A DNA stretch of 64,000 nucleotides from Candidatus Kaiserbacteria bacterium. Lineage in GTDB: Bacteria > Patescibacteriota > Minisyncoccia > Phycocordibacterales > Phycocordibacteraceae. The notes beneath the pieces are model-generated. The model did no database searches and was not told where the DNA came from. It saw only the letters and a program-made list of their open reading frames with translations. The translations under genes were made by a program, and so were the position numbers. Within the stretch, counting starts at the first letter, position 1, and each line of letters starts with the position of its first letter. The stretch is from assembly GCA_963699165.1 (NCBI GenBank), contig OY969413.1:468562-532561 (forward strand), in the 5' to 3' direction. Shown piece after piece: positions 39,325 to 49,859 of this stretch.

Positions 39325-40599
39325 TTAAAACAAGGTCGAAATGGCGGCTACGCCCGAAACGGCCATAAATACAATCGTTATCCAACCCAGCCAGGAAATA
39401 GTACGATTGTTCGCATACTGCCCCATGATTTTTTTATTGCCCGAAATTCGCACAACGAAAAAGAGGACGAACGGCGCAATGACGCCGTTCGCAACTGCCG
39501 CATAAATGAGCGTCTTAATCGGGTCGAGGTGCGCGAAGTTCGCAAGGATGCCGAGCAGCATCGAAAGAATGATGACGCCGTAAAAAGCCCACGCTTGTTT
39601 CAGCTTGCGATACAAACCGTATTTCCATCCGAAAATTTCTGCGAGCGCATACGCGGTCGAGCCCGCGAGCACCGGTATGGCAAGCAGTCCGGTCCCGATG
39701 ATGCCGAGCGCAAAGATGAAATACGCAAATTCTCCAAACGGTTTGAGGGCGAGCGCGGCTTGGTCTGCCGTCGCAATGTTGGTGAGGCCGTGCGCGTACA
39801 GCGTTCCGGCGCACGCGGCGAAGATAAAAAAAGTTGTTAGGTTTGAAAACAGCATGCCGCTCCAGATATCGGTACGCATATTTTTAATGGAGTGCGGAGT
39901 AACGTCGGCTCGGCGTTTTTTTACACTCGTCTCACCGTGCAAAATATCTTCCTCGATTTCCTGCGACGTCTGCCAAAAGAACAGGTACGGCGAGATGGTC
40001 GTGCCGAGCACGGCGCAAATCAGAAACAGCTGGTCTTTCGAAAATGTAATCGATGGAACGACGGTGTGATACAGAATATTCGCCCAGTCGAGATGCACCG
40101 AAAACGCAACGACCGCGTACGAGAGCAATGCGAACGTGAGGTATTTTAGATATTTCGAGTACTGCGCGTAGCTTACGAAAATTTGCAGCACCAAACTGAC
40201 GCATGCGAAGAAAATCACAAACAGTTCGATGGCAATGCCGGGGAAAATTAGCCGGGACGCCGCGGCCATTGCGGCAAGATCCGCCGCGATATTGAGCGTA
40301 TTCGCAAAAAACAGGAGCGCGGTCACCGTATAGAGCGCGCCCGGCGAGTAGTGCCGGCGGATATTTGCCGCAAGGCCGCGGCCCGAGACGAGCCCGATGC
40401 GCGCGCACATCTCCTGCACGACGGCCATGAACGGATACGTAAACAGCGCCATCCAAATGAGTTGCGGACCGTATTGCGCGCCCGCCTGCGAATACGTCGC
40501 AATGCCGGACGGGTCGTCGTCCGCGGCGCCGGTGGTGAGGCCCGGACCGAGTATTTCCCAATATTCCTCGAGTTCTTCGGGGAGCGTTTGTTTTTCCAT
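39325..40599 (-). CDS. mntH: NRAMP-family divalent metal (Mn2+/Fe2+) transporter
   Basis: GPGLTTGAADDDPSGIATYSQAGAQYG NRAMP signature; ~11 TMs. Confidence 0.85.
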   Translation of the reverse strand: MEKQTLPEELEEYWEILGPGLTTGAADDDPSGIATYSQAGAQYGPQLIWMALFTYPFMAVVQEMCARIGLVSGRGLAANIRRHYSPGALYTVTALLFFANTLNIAADLAAMAAASRLIFPGIAIELFVIFFACVSLVLQIFVSYAQYSKYLKYLTFALLSYAVVAFSVHLDWANILYHTVVPSITFSKDQLFLICAVLGTTISPYLFFWQTSQEIEEDILHGETSVKKRRADVTPHSIKNMRTDIWSGMLFSNLTTFFIFAACAGTLYAHGLTNIATADQAALALKPFGEFAYFIFALGIIGTGLLAIPVLAGSTAYALAEIFGWKYGLYRKLKQAWAFYGVIILSMLLGILANFAHLDPIKTLIYAAVANGVIAPFVLFFVVRISGNKKIMGQYANNRTISWLGWITIVFMAVSGVAAISTLF

Positions 40600-40963
40600 A
40601 CCGATGGAATCAGTATATCAAAGTCAGACCCGCGCCTTTCGGCGCGGGTGAATGGAATAGAATCTACTTCGAGGGCTTCGGGAAGCGATTCAGGGATTCG
40701 AGAGACCCGCGTGCGGCATGAATCATTGCGAACAAGGCCGCGACGCCTATCATTCCCATTGCGACTATGTGCTGAACCGGATTTCCGCGCGCGCGTGGCT
40801 TGTTCGGATTTCCGGCAATTCCCCCAGCGTGGGAATACGGGGATTTTTTATTGAACTCGTAACACATGATATTGAGTGACCTCTCTTTCTTCCTAGTAGG
40901 ACAATACCACCTTCTCCAAAAAAGTACACCGCTCACGAAAGAGACCCGTCCTCACGACGGGCC

Positions 40964-41245
40964 TCAAGAACGAATCCTGAATCGTAATCGTAGAACAAGC
41001 GGTTCTATCGTTATGCTGAAGAGCAGGCGCCCAACGAATACGAACAGCGCCACAACAAGCCAACGCAAAGTACTCGGATCGACGGGAACGAACGCTCGAA
41101 ACAGAGCGTTTACAAACCGGAAGATTGCGAACAGCAGGCAGGTCCCGGCAAACCACACCAGCACATCAATGTTGTCGAGGATCTGCCACAACTCCATCGA
41201 AAGCTCCTTTCCGGCCATCCGGAATGACCATAGTAATAGTACCAA
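40964..41245 (-). CDS. hypothetical membrane protein
   Basis: Two TM segments. Confidence 0.35.
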   Translation of the reverse strand: MVLLLWSFRMAGKELSMELWQILDNIDVLVWFAGTCLLFAIFRFVNALFRAFVPVDPSTLRWLVVALFVFVGRLLFSITIEPLVLRLRFRIRS

Positions 41246-41248
41246 ATC

Positions 41249-42715
41249 CTAGAGTTTATTTTCCAGGTCCAGAATATCGTCGATGCGTATCTGCGCCACA
41301 AATTCGGGCACGTGCGAGACGAGTATCATCGCACCGGCATACGCATCGAGCGCTTTGGCGATAATCGGCAGGTGGCGAAAGTTGATGTGGTTCGTCGGCT
41401 CATCGAGAATAAGGAGTCCGGGACGCTCAAGCACGAGCGACGCGAACGCAACAAGTCCTTTCTGGCCTTCGGAAAGGTTGCCGATTTTCGTATGAATCAC
41501 ATCGCCCATGAGTAAAAAACCGGCCGCGACCGTGCGCAGATGCTGTTCGCCCGCCTTCCCCATCGCATGCGCAAGCGCTTCGTACACGGTCTGATTGAAA
41601 TCAAGCGTTGAAAAATCCTGCCGATAGTAGCCGACTTTTACGCCCGCAGAAATTGTCGCGCCTGCCGCATCGCCGCGCGCGATGGCTTCAAGCAGGGTGC
41701 TTTTGCCGATACCGTTCGGACCTTTGAGAAGAAGATGATTATTTTTCCGCAAAGCGATGTTTGCCGTTTTCTTCACCGGCTTTTTTCCTTTTTGCACGCT
41801 GTACGACGCGAGCGAAAGCACCACGCCGCTTAATTCCTGCTGCGCCGGAATCGTAAACGGCCGAATCGTTTTGTCTTCTTTGCGCACATCCACTTTGGCT
41901 TCCTCCATTTCTTCAACCTCCATGCGCATCTTCTTTGCGACGAGGCGCATCTTGCCACCTTTCTGCGCGAAGAAGTTCGCCTTGTCTTTATTGTCCTGAA
42001 TCTTTTTCTCGAGCTGGGCATTCTTCCGATTTTCTTTTTCGATGCGAAGCAAGATGTCGCGCTGGACGTCGCGATAGTTTCCGGGATACTGCTCGATTTT
42101 GCGCGTAAAAACGTCGAGGTAGAGCACGCCGGTGGTAAACGCATTTAAAAAGTCCGCATCGTGAGAGATGACGATGCAGGTTTTCGGATAGTCGACGAGA
42201 AAATCGGTGAGGTGTTTGATGCCCGCCGTATCAAGATTGTTTGTCGGCTCGTCAAGCAAGAGCAATTCCGGATTCTGAATGAGCGCTGAAGCGAGCAGTA
42301 ATCGCGCCTGCTGTCCGCCGGAAAATGTTTTAAGTACGCGGTCGTGAAGTTTCTCGTGGTGCTTGAGATTTACGACTTCAAGCACATCGTCGATTCTTGG
42401 GTCGATGTCGTACATCGGCTTGCTAAAACATTTTTGGAAAAATTCACGGACAGTCAGATTGAGCGCGTCTCGCGGAATCACCTGCGGCGCGGTTGCAATC
42501 GTCACGCCGTGCGCCGTATGAATTTCGCCCGACTCCGGCTTGAGCGTTCCGGCGATAAGCCCGAAGAGTGTCGACTTCCCCGCGCCGTTCTGTCCCATCA
42601 CCGCCATCTTCATCCCGCGTCGAATCGGAAAATCAACCTCGTCGAGGATTGGTTTGTTGTGTCCGTATTCAAATGAGACCTTTTCGAAGCGAATGACGCT
42701 TTCTTCGCGAGCCAT
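41249..42715 (-). CDS. ABC-F family ATPase (two tandem ABC domains, no TMD)
   Basis: Two Walker A motifs (GQNGAGKST, GPNGIGKST) and two LSGG/LSEG signatures. Confidence 0.8.
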   Translation of the reverse strand: MAREESVIRFEKVSFEYGHNKPILDEVDFPIRRGMKMAVMGQNGAGKSTLFGLIAGTLKPESGEIHTAHGVTIATAPQVIPRDALNLTVREFFQKCFSKPMYDIDPRIDDVLEVVNLKHHEKLHDRVLKTFSGGQQARLLLASALIQNPELLLLDEPTNNLDTAGIKHLTDFLVDYPKTCIVISHDADFLNAFTTGVLYLDVFTRKIEQYPGNYRDVQRDILLRIEKENRKNAQLEKKIQDNKDKANFFAQKGGKMRLVAKKMRMEVEEMEEAKVDVRKEDKTIRPFTIPAQQELSGVVLSLASYSVQKGKKPVKKTANIALRKNNHLLLKGPNGIGKSTLLEAIARGDAAGATISAGVKVGYYRQDFSTLDFNQTVYEALAHAMGKAGEQHLRTVAAGFLLMGDVIHTKIGNLSEGQKGLVAFASLVLERPGLLILDEPTNHINFRHLPIIAKALDAYAGAMILVSHVPEFVAQIRIDDILDLENKL

Positions 42716-42797
42716 CTCTCCACCCTAGCGCAATTCGGGGAAAAATGGAAAAAGGCGCCGCACGTGCGACGCCTTTGCTGCGGCGCTCTTTAGGCCG

Positions 42798-43292
42798 CTA
42801 CATCGGCCACTCTGCCAAATCTTCGATGGCGGCAGTGAGCGTTTTGTACCACTCCGTCGGACTGCATCCGAAAAGCAGCAAATCGGCAGCCGACCTATAG
42901 TGGCGCACCACTCCGTCGCCGGCGAGAACTTGAAAACCGATTCCATTATGGTAGTCGGCCCAAATTCTTTTGCCCAGAAGACGCAGCGTGTCGAGCGGAA
43001 AAGCGGGCGGCTTTGTCCTGATTGGGGGTTGTCCTACGACGACGGCGACGCACCTTTGCATCGGCAAGGAGAACGTTCCATTCCCCTCATCCATAACAAC
43101 CTTGCCGCCCGTGAGGAGACCCATGTGGTACATGACACTGAGGTGACGGCCCCGGTCTTCCTTTTTGCCGTCGGCGGACCGAGCAAGGAGCGAGTTCTGC
43201 ATTTCCCGCCGGATTATGAGCACCAATTCTCTCGTATGTCCTCCTAACATATTTTCGAGATGTACCAAGGACTCTTGCAATACAGTCGGCAT
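42798..43292 (-). CDS. hypothetical protein
   Basis: ORF only. Confidence 0.35.
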   Translation of the reverse strand: MPTVLQESLVHLENMLGGHTRELVLIIRREMQNSLLARSADGKKEDRGRHLSVMYHMGLLTGGKVVMDEGNGTFSLPMQRCVAVVVGQPPIRTKPPAFPLDTLRLLGKRIWADYHNGIGFQVLAGDGVVRHYRSAADLLLFGCSPTEWYKTLTAAIEDLAEWPM

Positions 43293-43375
43293 GTCGTTCC
43301 TTTCCGATTTGCCGCAAATGCGCATGCATCATGCGCTCAAAGCATCTGCGGTGATACTGCGCGTTTCCGCAACCA

Positions 43376-44143
43376 TTGTCAAGAAAAATAAGGTATAGTG
43401 CGCTTATGGCAAAACCTACCAAACCGGCCGCGGAGGAATACCCTATGCGCATCAACAAATACCTCGCAAAGCAGGGCGTTTCAACGCGCCGCGGCGCAGA
43501 CGAGCTTATCGCCCGCGGCAAAGTGCTTTTGAACGACCGCGTGGCCGTGCTTGGCGACAAAGTGCAAGAAGGCGACCGCGTCGAGCTTCGCGGCAAAGAT
43601 AAACCTAAAAAGTATGTATATTTCGCATACAATAAACCGGTCGGCATCATTACTCACTCGCCGCAAAACGGTGAAAAAGACATCAAGCAGGCGGTAGAAA
43701 AAGCGAAGGAGCTTCGCAATGTCTTTCCGGTCGGCCGCCTCGATAAGGACTCGAGCGGATTGCTGATTCTGACCGACGACGGCCGCGTCACCGACCGGCT
43801 CTTGAGTCCCGAGTACGAACACGAAAAAGAATACCGCGTGCGCACGCAAGAACCGCTCCGCGAAAGCTTCAAACAGAAAATGGAGTCGGGTGTGATGATT
43901 GACGACTATCTCACGAAGCCGTGCAAGATTAAAAAGACCGGCGCAAATACGTTTACGATTACGCTTACCGAGGGCAAAAAGCATCAGATACGCCGCATGG
44001 TCTCGGCGCTGTACAACACCGTCGTCGAACTGGAACGCACGCGCGTGCTCAACATTCGTCTCGAAAACTTGCCAAAAGGCGCGTGGCGGCCGATAGAAGG
44101 AAAAGAACTTGAAACGTTCCTAACGCACATCGGACTGAAATAA
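43376..44143 (+). CDS. pseudouridine synthase, RsuA/RluB family (S4 domain plus catalytic domain)
   Basis: S4: INKYLAKQGVSTRRGADELI; catalytic GRLDKDSSGLLILTDDG. Confidence 0.8.
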   Translation: MSRKIRYSALMAKPTKPAAEEYPMRINKYLAKQGVSTRRGADELIARGKVLLNDRVAVLGDKVQEGDRVELRGKDKPKKYVYFAYNKPVGIITHSPQNGEKDIKQAVEKAKELRNVFPVGRLDKDSSGLLILTDDGRVTDRLLSPEYEHEKEYRVRTQEPLRESFKQKMESGVMIDDYLTKPCKIKKTGANTFTITLTEGKKHQIRRMVSALYNTVVELERTRVLNIRLENLPKGAWRPIEGKELETFLTHIGLK

Positions 44144-44161
44144 ATCGGGTATACTGATTGA

Positions 44162-44635
44162 ATGAAAAACGGAAAGAAAACCGTTGTTGTCTCCGGAGGT
44201 TTCGACCCGATTCATATCGGACACATCCGCATGATGCAGGAAGCGCGTGCGCTCGGCGACCGGCTCGTCGTGATTTTGAATAACGACAACTGGCTGACAA
44301 CTAAGAAAGGGTTTGTTTTTATGCCGGAAGCAGAACGCGCGGAAATCATCGGCGCGTTTGATTTCGTCGATGAGGTTGTGCTGTCGACGCATGGAGAAGA
44401 TGACATCGATCGTTCGGTTTGCCGCGAACTCGATGCAATTCGACCGGATATTTTTGCAAACGGCGGCGACCGGCGGAATGAGGATGAAATCCCCGAATCC
44501 GCCGTATGCAAGAAGCACGGTATCGAGATGCTATTCAATATCGGCTTCGGGGGCAAAGTGCAGTCGAGCTCGTGGCTCACGGGAAAACTGAAAACGCATA
44601 GCGAAAAACTCGCTGAAAAATCAGCCGCCGCGTGA
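44162..44635 (+). CDS. cytidylyltransferase-like nucleotidyltransferase
   Basis: VVVSGGFDPIHIGHIRMM H-x-G-H motif. Confidence 0.6.
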   Translation: MKNGKKTVVVSGGFDPIHIGHIRMMQEARALGDRLVVILNNDNWLTTKKGFVFMPEAERAEIIGAFDFVDEVVLSTHGEDDIDRSVCRELDAIRPDIFANGGDRRNEDEIPESAVCKKHGIEMLFNIGFGGKVQSSSWLTGKLKTHSEKLAEKSAAA

Positions 44636-44651
44636 GCGAAATCCGCGCCGT

Positions 44652-45053
44652 TTAGGTATTTAGATACGTCACCGTCAGTTGCAAAACGGTAGCGAAAGAT
44701 ACCCAGAGTAAATACGGAATGTTCGCATACGCGACCCACGGAACGAGCGGAAAGACGGCGACAATCGCCCAGATGAGCGTCGCGAGAACGAGCAGAACAT
44801 CGACCGCCGCGAGCCGCATATTTTTAATGCCGAATTCAAGCCATGTGAAGGAAAAATTGAATACGAGATTGAGCGCAAACGGCAGCGCGACGAGCCACGA
44901 CAGATTTCCCGCAAACGTTTGGTAGAAAACCGCGCCGAAGGAAATCGCAATGAGAATGTAGAGCACCGTCCACACGGGACCGAACAGCCATGCGGGCGGC
45001 GCCCACGATGGCTTGCGAAATTCCCGATACGACCGATACGTACCCGATGCCAT
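44652..45053 (-). CDS. tspO: TspO/MBR family tryptophan-rich membrane protein
   Basis: PSWAPPAWLFGPVWTVLYILIAISFG and W-rich TMs. Confidence 0.7.
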   Translation of the reverse strand: MASGTYRSYREFRKPSWAPPAWLFGPVWTVLYILIAISFGAVFYQTFAGNLSWLVALPFALNLVFNFSFTWLEFGIKNMRLAAVDVLLVLATLIWAIVAVFPLVPWVAYANIPYLLWVSFATVLQLTVTYLNT

Positions 45054-45054
45054 A

Positions 45055-46038
45055 CTACTGCGCGACCGTGAGCGTATGGCGAATCCCGTCAAACTCCGTA
45101 AGCAGCGCTTGTTTGTCGAATTCTTTCACCGCGCCGGCGGGATAATTTTCGATGACGCCGTAGTGAATGAAGTAACGCACGGCGATGCAAGGACTCGTGC
45201 CCGGATACGCATACACCGTCTCCTCGTAGCGGTTGCCTGCGCCTGCGCCGGTTGACGTTGCGAGCGAATACTGCATGTCTCCCTCGTTCACGATTGTTGC
45301 CGTGATTCCCTTTTCAAGAAAAAGCGCGGCGGTGCAAATCGGCGCTTTCGGAATCTGTTCGACGCCCACATAGCTGTCGGACCCGAGATTGGTGCCTGCG
45401 TGTGTGCTAGACGCTATAGTGAACTTTATTCCGGAAATGCTTTTCCCCGGACCGAGTTCCTGGTACTTATACGGCGTACCGGTCGCATAGCCGTAGGGCA
45501 AACGAATCGAGAAACCGAATATGGAATTCGAATATATTTCCGGAAGCGCGATTCCCGTCGGCTCCGGCGCAACTACGATGCAACCGGTAAAGGATGACGG
45601 TTTATTATTTTCGAGAACGAGCGCAGTGTTGCCCTTATCCCAAAATACGAACGATTCGTCGGCATTCGCGTAGCGGCCGCCGTCGGCTGAAATGGTTTGG
45701 TTAAGCGTCATCGCGCGGCCGTCGGAAAGAGTGAGCGCGACGATGCCGTTCGGCACGGGCGGCTGATCTGGGCTTGTGGATGTTGCCGCCGTGGATGAAG
45801 CGTTTTCCGAAAACGCGGCCGTAATACTCTTGCCGCCGTCGCACGAGTACAACGCGGTCGTAACTTGCGGCTGCACTACCGGCGTCGAAGTGGCAACCGT
45901 AACCGGCAACACAGGCACAGGCGCGGGCGGAAACAAATGCGACACTTCAAAATAGATGGCGACGCCGGCGACCGCGACAATCACAATAGCAAGAATTATT
46001 TTCGTGGTTGTATTCATACCGCAAGTATACTCCTTCAA
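45055..46038 (-). CDS. membrane-anchored protein with an MliC-like domain
   Basis: N-terminal TM; CDGGKSITAAF...LTLSDGRAMTLNQTISADGGRYANADESFVFWDKG resembles the MliC fold. Confidence 0.45.
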   Translation of the reverse strand: MKEYTCGMNTTTKIILAIVIVAVAGVAIYFEVSHLFPPAPVPVLPVTVATSTPVVQPQVTTALYSCDGGKSITAAFSENASSTAATSTSPDQPPVPNGIVALTLSDGRAMTLNQTISADGGRYANADESFVFWDKGNTALVLENNKPSSFTGCIVVAPEPTGIALPEIYSNSIFGFSIRLPYGYATGTPYKYQELGPGKSISGIKFTIASSTHAGTNLGSDSYVGVEQIPKAPICTAALFLEKGITATIVNEGDMQYSLATSTGAGAGNRYEETVYAYPGTSPCIAVRYFIHYGVIENYPAGAVKEFDKQALLTEFDGIRHTLTVAQ

Positions 46039-46283
46039 AAGCCCGCAACGCCCTTCCCTTTTAGATATTCCGCAACCTGCTCTTTGTCCGAATCGGCGAG
46101 AATGTAACCATCGATGTCGAGCGTCGGCGTCTTTGTCTGAAAGGATTTCACGAGAAGCTCGTCGAAATACGCCGTGTTGCCGAGCACTTCGCGCTCCTCA
46201 AACGCAACTCGTTTTTCACGCAGCAAATCCAAAACGCCTTTGCACCAAGGACAGCCGTTTTTTGTGTACAAAATTATATTCAT
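46035..46283 (-). CDS. glutaredoxin-like protein
   Basis: CPWC active site; 82 aa. Confidence 0.7.
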   Translation of the reverse strand: MNIILYTKNGCPWCKGVLDLLREKRVAFEEREVLGNTAYFDELLVKSFQTKTPTLDIDGYILADSDKEQVAEYLKGKGVAGF

Positions 46284-46318
46284 AGTTCAATACTACACGA
46301 AATTCGCGCCGGACAGAA

Positions 46319-47212
46319 TTATGGATGCACGACTTTCCATTGGTTTGCGACGCCCTGACCTTTCATATCGCCGGACTTCGTATCCGATTTGTAATAGTAT
46401 AGCGGCGCGCCGTTGTACGTCATCTGTTTCGTGCCGTCGCCGCGCGTCAACGTGCCGACCGTTCCCGAGACGCCCGATTGCACGTTCGCAAGGACGCTCG
46501 TCGTGCCGACAAGATACGGCGGCCACGCCGCCGCGCACGCGCCGGTGCAATTTGACGTGCTTGAAGCGTCTTTGTCGTACGCATAGAGCGTCATGCCGTT
46601 CGAGCCGATGAGATATGTTCCGAGCTTTGCGCTTGCGTCCGTGCCGAGAAGAAGATTCCCGGCGGCGTATTCGTTTGCGGGAATTTCAGCGAGCATACCG
46701 TTTGCGATCTGCAGATATTTCGATACGCCGATTGACGGCTCCGCGGACATCGGCTCGCTTGGACTGCGGTCGGCGTAATTCACGACAACCTGTCCGTCTT
46801 CGATTTGCGTCGTTTGCGGAGCAATGCGGTCGCCAAGCAGAATGCCGTTCGTGCCTTGATAGCCGTCCGGCGTTTTAATCGCCGCGACAATGTAATAAAA
46901 GGTGCCGCTGCCGCCGCTGTTTTGCGTAAGAATAAACGCAACGTCCGGAACGCCGTCGCCGTTCAAATCGCCGGTCGCCTCATTCCCGAAATACTGCGTC
47001 ACGATGTTCGAAGCCGAACCGGGCGCGGCCGGAACCGTCGAACTTCCGTTTACGAGCGTTACCGATTGCCCTTCGATAGTGTATGCCGCGTTTTTGTAAT
47101 CTGCGGTTTGCGTTTGCGGGGCCTGCGTTTGCGCCACGTGAGACTTGCTTGCCCAATACCAAATACCGAGTATTGCGACGATAATGACGGCAGATATGAT
47201 GAAGCGCATATT
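46319..47212 (-). CDS. secreted protein with a C-terminal Yx(FWY)xxD-motif lipoprotein-like domain (COG4315-like)
   Basis: N-terminal TM/signal; repeats TLYAYDKDAS...CTGACAAAWPPY and PLYYYKSDTKSGD...WKVV. Confidence 0.55.
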   Translation of the reverse strand, partial: NMRFIISAVIIVAILGIWYWASKSHVAQTQAPQTQTADYKNAAYTIEGQSVTLVNGSSTVPAAPGSASNIVTQYFGNEATGDLNGDGVPDVAFILTQNSGGSGTFYYIVAAIKTPDGYQGTNGILLGDRIAPQTTQIEDGQVVVNYADRSPSEPMSAEPSIGVSKYLQIANGMLAEIPANEYAAGNLLLGTDASAKLGTYLIGSNGMTLYAYDKDASSTSNCTGACAAAWPPYLVGTTSVLANVQSGVSGTVGTLTRGDGTKQMTYNGAPLYYYKSDTKSGDMKGQGVANQWKVVHP

Positions 47213-47292
47213 CATAGAGGCATAGTTTTTAGACGGCATAAGAACTATAGTATGACAGACATTCGAATATAAACACCGCCCCGCCCGCGCCC

Positions 47293-48345
47293 GTGAGAAA
47301 ATGCGCGGGAATAGCGTATACTACCCTCGTCCCCATGACGTTTCCGAGAGAAACCAGAATGCATTGGCTGCCGGTTCTCGCGCTTTGCGCCGGAGTGCTC
47401 GCCGGCCTACTCATCGGCCGTCAAATGGGAGCGCAATCCGCACCGGCTCCTGCGGCGACCGACCAGGAAGTCGATATCCGCGCAAACGCGGACGAACATG
47501 ATTTCATCAGCCCGCTCATCGAATGCGCCAATACCGACCCTGCCGCTCTGCAAAATAGCGACGCGAACAAGCTGAAGAGCGGCCTGCAATCGCTTATTTC
47601 CGCCTGGACCGCGCAAGGCAAGGTCACGGAGGTCTCCGTATATTTCAGGCAAATGAACGACGGCGCGTGGTTCGGCATCGACGGATCCGCTGTCTTTACT
47701 CCGGGAAGCCTTCTCAAGGTCCCGGTCGTCATGAGCGTATTGCACCACGCCGAAAGCGACCCCGGGTTCATCGATAAAAAAATCACGTTCGACACTCCGC
47801 CCATCGACGACGAACAGCACTACCCTCCAGCGCAGAAGATTGCGCCCGGAAAATCGTACACGGTTAAAGAGCTCATCGAATCGACGCTGAAATACTCCGA
47901 CAACAACGCCGCCTATTTGCTTGCGAACTCCATCGACTGGAAAGAACTCACCGACTCGTTTTCCGATCTCGGCATTCAAAATCCGCCGCAGGATGTGGAC
48001 GCCACGACCACCGTGCAGAATTACGCGTCTTTCTTCCGCACCCTGTACAACGCAACGTATCTCAACCGGGACGATTCGGAATTTGTGCTCGACGCTCTGT
48101 CTCAATCGACATTCACGCAAGGACTCGTCGCGGGCGTGCCGAACGGCGTTCCCGTATCGCACAAGTTCGGAGAACGCGAGCTGGATACCGTCAACCAACT
48201 CCACGACTGCGGCATCGTGTATGCCCCGACCAGCCCGTATCTGCTCTGTGTGATGACGCGCGGAGACAATTACGACGATTTGGCATCGGCCATCGCGAGC
48301 ATTTCGCGGACCGTGTACAACTCCGTCAACGCGCCGAAGCAGTAG
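47293..48345 (+). CDS. class A beta-lactamase-like serine hydrolase
   Basis: SxxK (SLLK), SDN (YSDNNAA), KxG-like HKFGE; signal peptide. Confidence 0.6.
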   Translation: MRKCAGIAYTTLVPMTFPRETRMHWLPVLALCAGVLAGLLIGRQMGAQSAPAPAATDQEVDIRANADEHDFISPLIECANTDPAALQNSDANKLKSGLQSLISAWTAQGKVTEVSVYFRQMNDGAWFGIDGSAVFTPGSLLKVPVVMSVLHHAESDPGFIDKKITFDTPPIDDEQHYPPAQKIAPGKSYTVKELIESTLKYSDNNAAYLLANSIDWKELTDSFSDLGIQNPPQDVDATTTVQNYASFFRTLYNATYLNRDDSEFVLDALSQSTFTQGLVAGVPNGVPVSHKFGERELDTVNQLHDCGIVYAPTSPYLLCVMTRGDNYDDLASAIASISRTVYNSVNAPKQ

Positions 48346-48358
48346 CAGGCGGCCGCAG

Positions 48359-49765
48359 TCAAATCTTCAGGACGAACAGCATGTTCGTCGAGCCGCGCAC
48401 GCCGAAGTCGAGTCCGGCCGCAATCACAACCGAGTCGCCCTCCTGCGCAAGCTTCTCGTTTTGGATGAATTCTTTTACCAATGCGACATTTGCGTCGAAA
48501 TTGCCTGCGCTTTTGAATTCGTACGAGTACACGCCGCGCGAGAGCGCCAAGCTATGGAGCGTTTTCTGGTTCGGCGTGAGCGCAATAATCGGACACGCCG
48601 GGCGAAAGCGCGAGACGAGCCGAGCGGTCGTGCCGGATTCGGTCAAGGTCACGATGATTCTCGCGTGTATCATGCGCGCCGTGTGCCACACCGATTTGCT
48701 TATTGAATCCTGAATGCTGATTTCTTTGACCTCTTTCACCGCCGCCTGATGTTTCTCGATGGTCTCGGCGATGCGCGACATCATCGAGACCGCTTCGACG
48801 GGATACTCGCCGAGCGCGCTTTCTTCGGAAAGCATCACGGCGTCCGTGCCGTCGTTGATAGCGTTTGCGATGTCGGAGACCTCCGCGCGCGTCGGCACGG
48901 GAGAATGAATCATCGATTCGAGCATTTGCGTTGCGGTGATGACCGGCTTGCCGAGCAAATTGCATTTGCCGATGATTTCTTTTTGATAGAGCGGCACCAT
49001 TTCGGTCGGAACTTCGACGGCGAGGTCGCCGCGCGCAACCATTGCGCCGTCCGCCTCGGCAAGAATCGCGTCCAGATTATCAATCGCTTCCTGCGTCTCG
49101 ATTTTTACGATAATAGGAACGATGTTGCCCGCCTTTTCCATGAGTGCGCGAAGTTCGCGCACGTCCTCGGCGCGGCGTACAAACGAGAGTGTGACGATAT
49201 CAACGCCGAGTTGCAAACCGAACGCGAGGTCCTCGCGGTCTTTTTCGGTAATCGTCGCGATGGAAAGATGAGCGCCCGGAACATTCACGCCGCGGCGCGA
49301 TTTAAGTTCGCCGCCCATTACGATGCGGCAGCGGATTTCGGTACCATCCACGGACATAACCTCGAGAATTTTCTTTCCGTCGTCAACAAGGATGTTCGTA
49401 CCTGTTTCCACTTCCTGCGGAAGTTTCGGGTAGTTGACGGAGATGCGCGAAGCGTCGCCGACGATTTCTTCGGTTGTGATAATGATTTCCCTCCCCGTCT
49501 CAATGGTGATGCGTTCGGTCACGTAGTCGCCGGTGCGGATTTTCGGACCCGAGAGGTCAAGAAGAACCGGCAGCGGCACGTCGAGTTTTTCCGCGACGGT
49601 GCGAATGTTTTTTATCTGCGCGGCATGGCTCTCATGATTGCCGTGGCTCATGTTGCAGCGCGCAACGTTTAACCCCGCGTTCACGAGCTTTTCAAGCATC
49701 TCGACCGATTCGCTTGCGGGACCGATAGTGGCGACGATTTGCGTCTTTTTCTTTTGATAGTGCAT
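48359..49765 (-). CDS. pyk: pyruvate kinase
   Basis: 468 aa; TKIVATIGP-like N-terminus (TQIVATIGPASE), MVARGDLAVE motif. Confidence 0.9.
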   Translation of the reverse strand: MHYQKKKTQIVATIGPASESVEMLEKLVNAGLNVARCNMSHGNHESHAAQIKNIRTVAEKLDVPLPVLLDLSGPKIRTGDYVTERITIETGREIIITTEEIVGDASRISVNYPKLPQEVETGTNILVDDGKKILEVMSVDGTEIRCRIVMGGELKSRRGVNVPGAHLSIATITEKDREDLAFGLQLGVDIVTLSFVRRAEDVRELRALMEKAGNIVPIIVKIETQEAIDNLDAILAEADGAMVARGDLAVEVPTEMVPLYQKEIIGKCNLLGKPVITATQMLESMIHSPVPTRAEVSDIANAINDGTDAVMLSEESALGEYPVEAVSMMSRIAETIEKHQAAVKEVKEISIQDSISKSVWHTARMIHARIIVTLTESGTTARLVSRFRPACPIIALTPNQKTLHSLALSRGVYSYEFKSAGNFDANVALVKEFIQNEKLAQEGDSVVIAAGLDFGVRGSTNMLFVLKI

Positions 49766-49859
49766 ATTCCCACTATGTCAGATGGCGCTATTTCGCACCA
49801 CTGGGGACAACGATGCGCGGCGCCAAGGGCGCCGCGCATCGTGTGCTACGCTATTCCCT

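Noticed and set aside
48749-49672. 307-aa ORF on the plus strand
   Set aside because: Antisense to pyruvate kinase.
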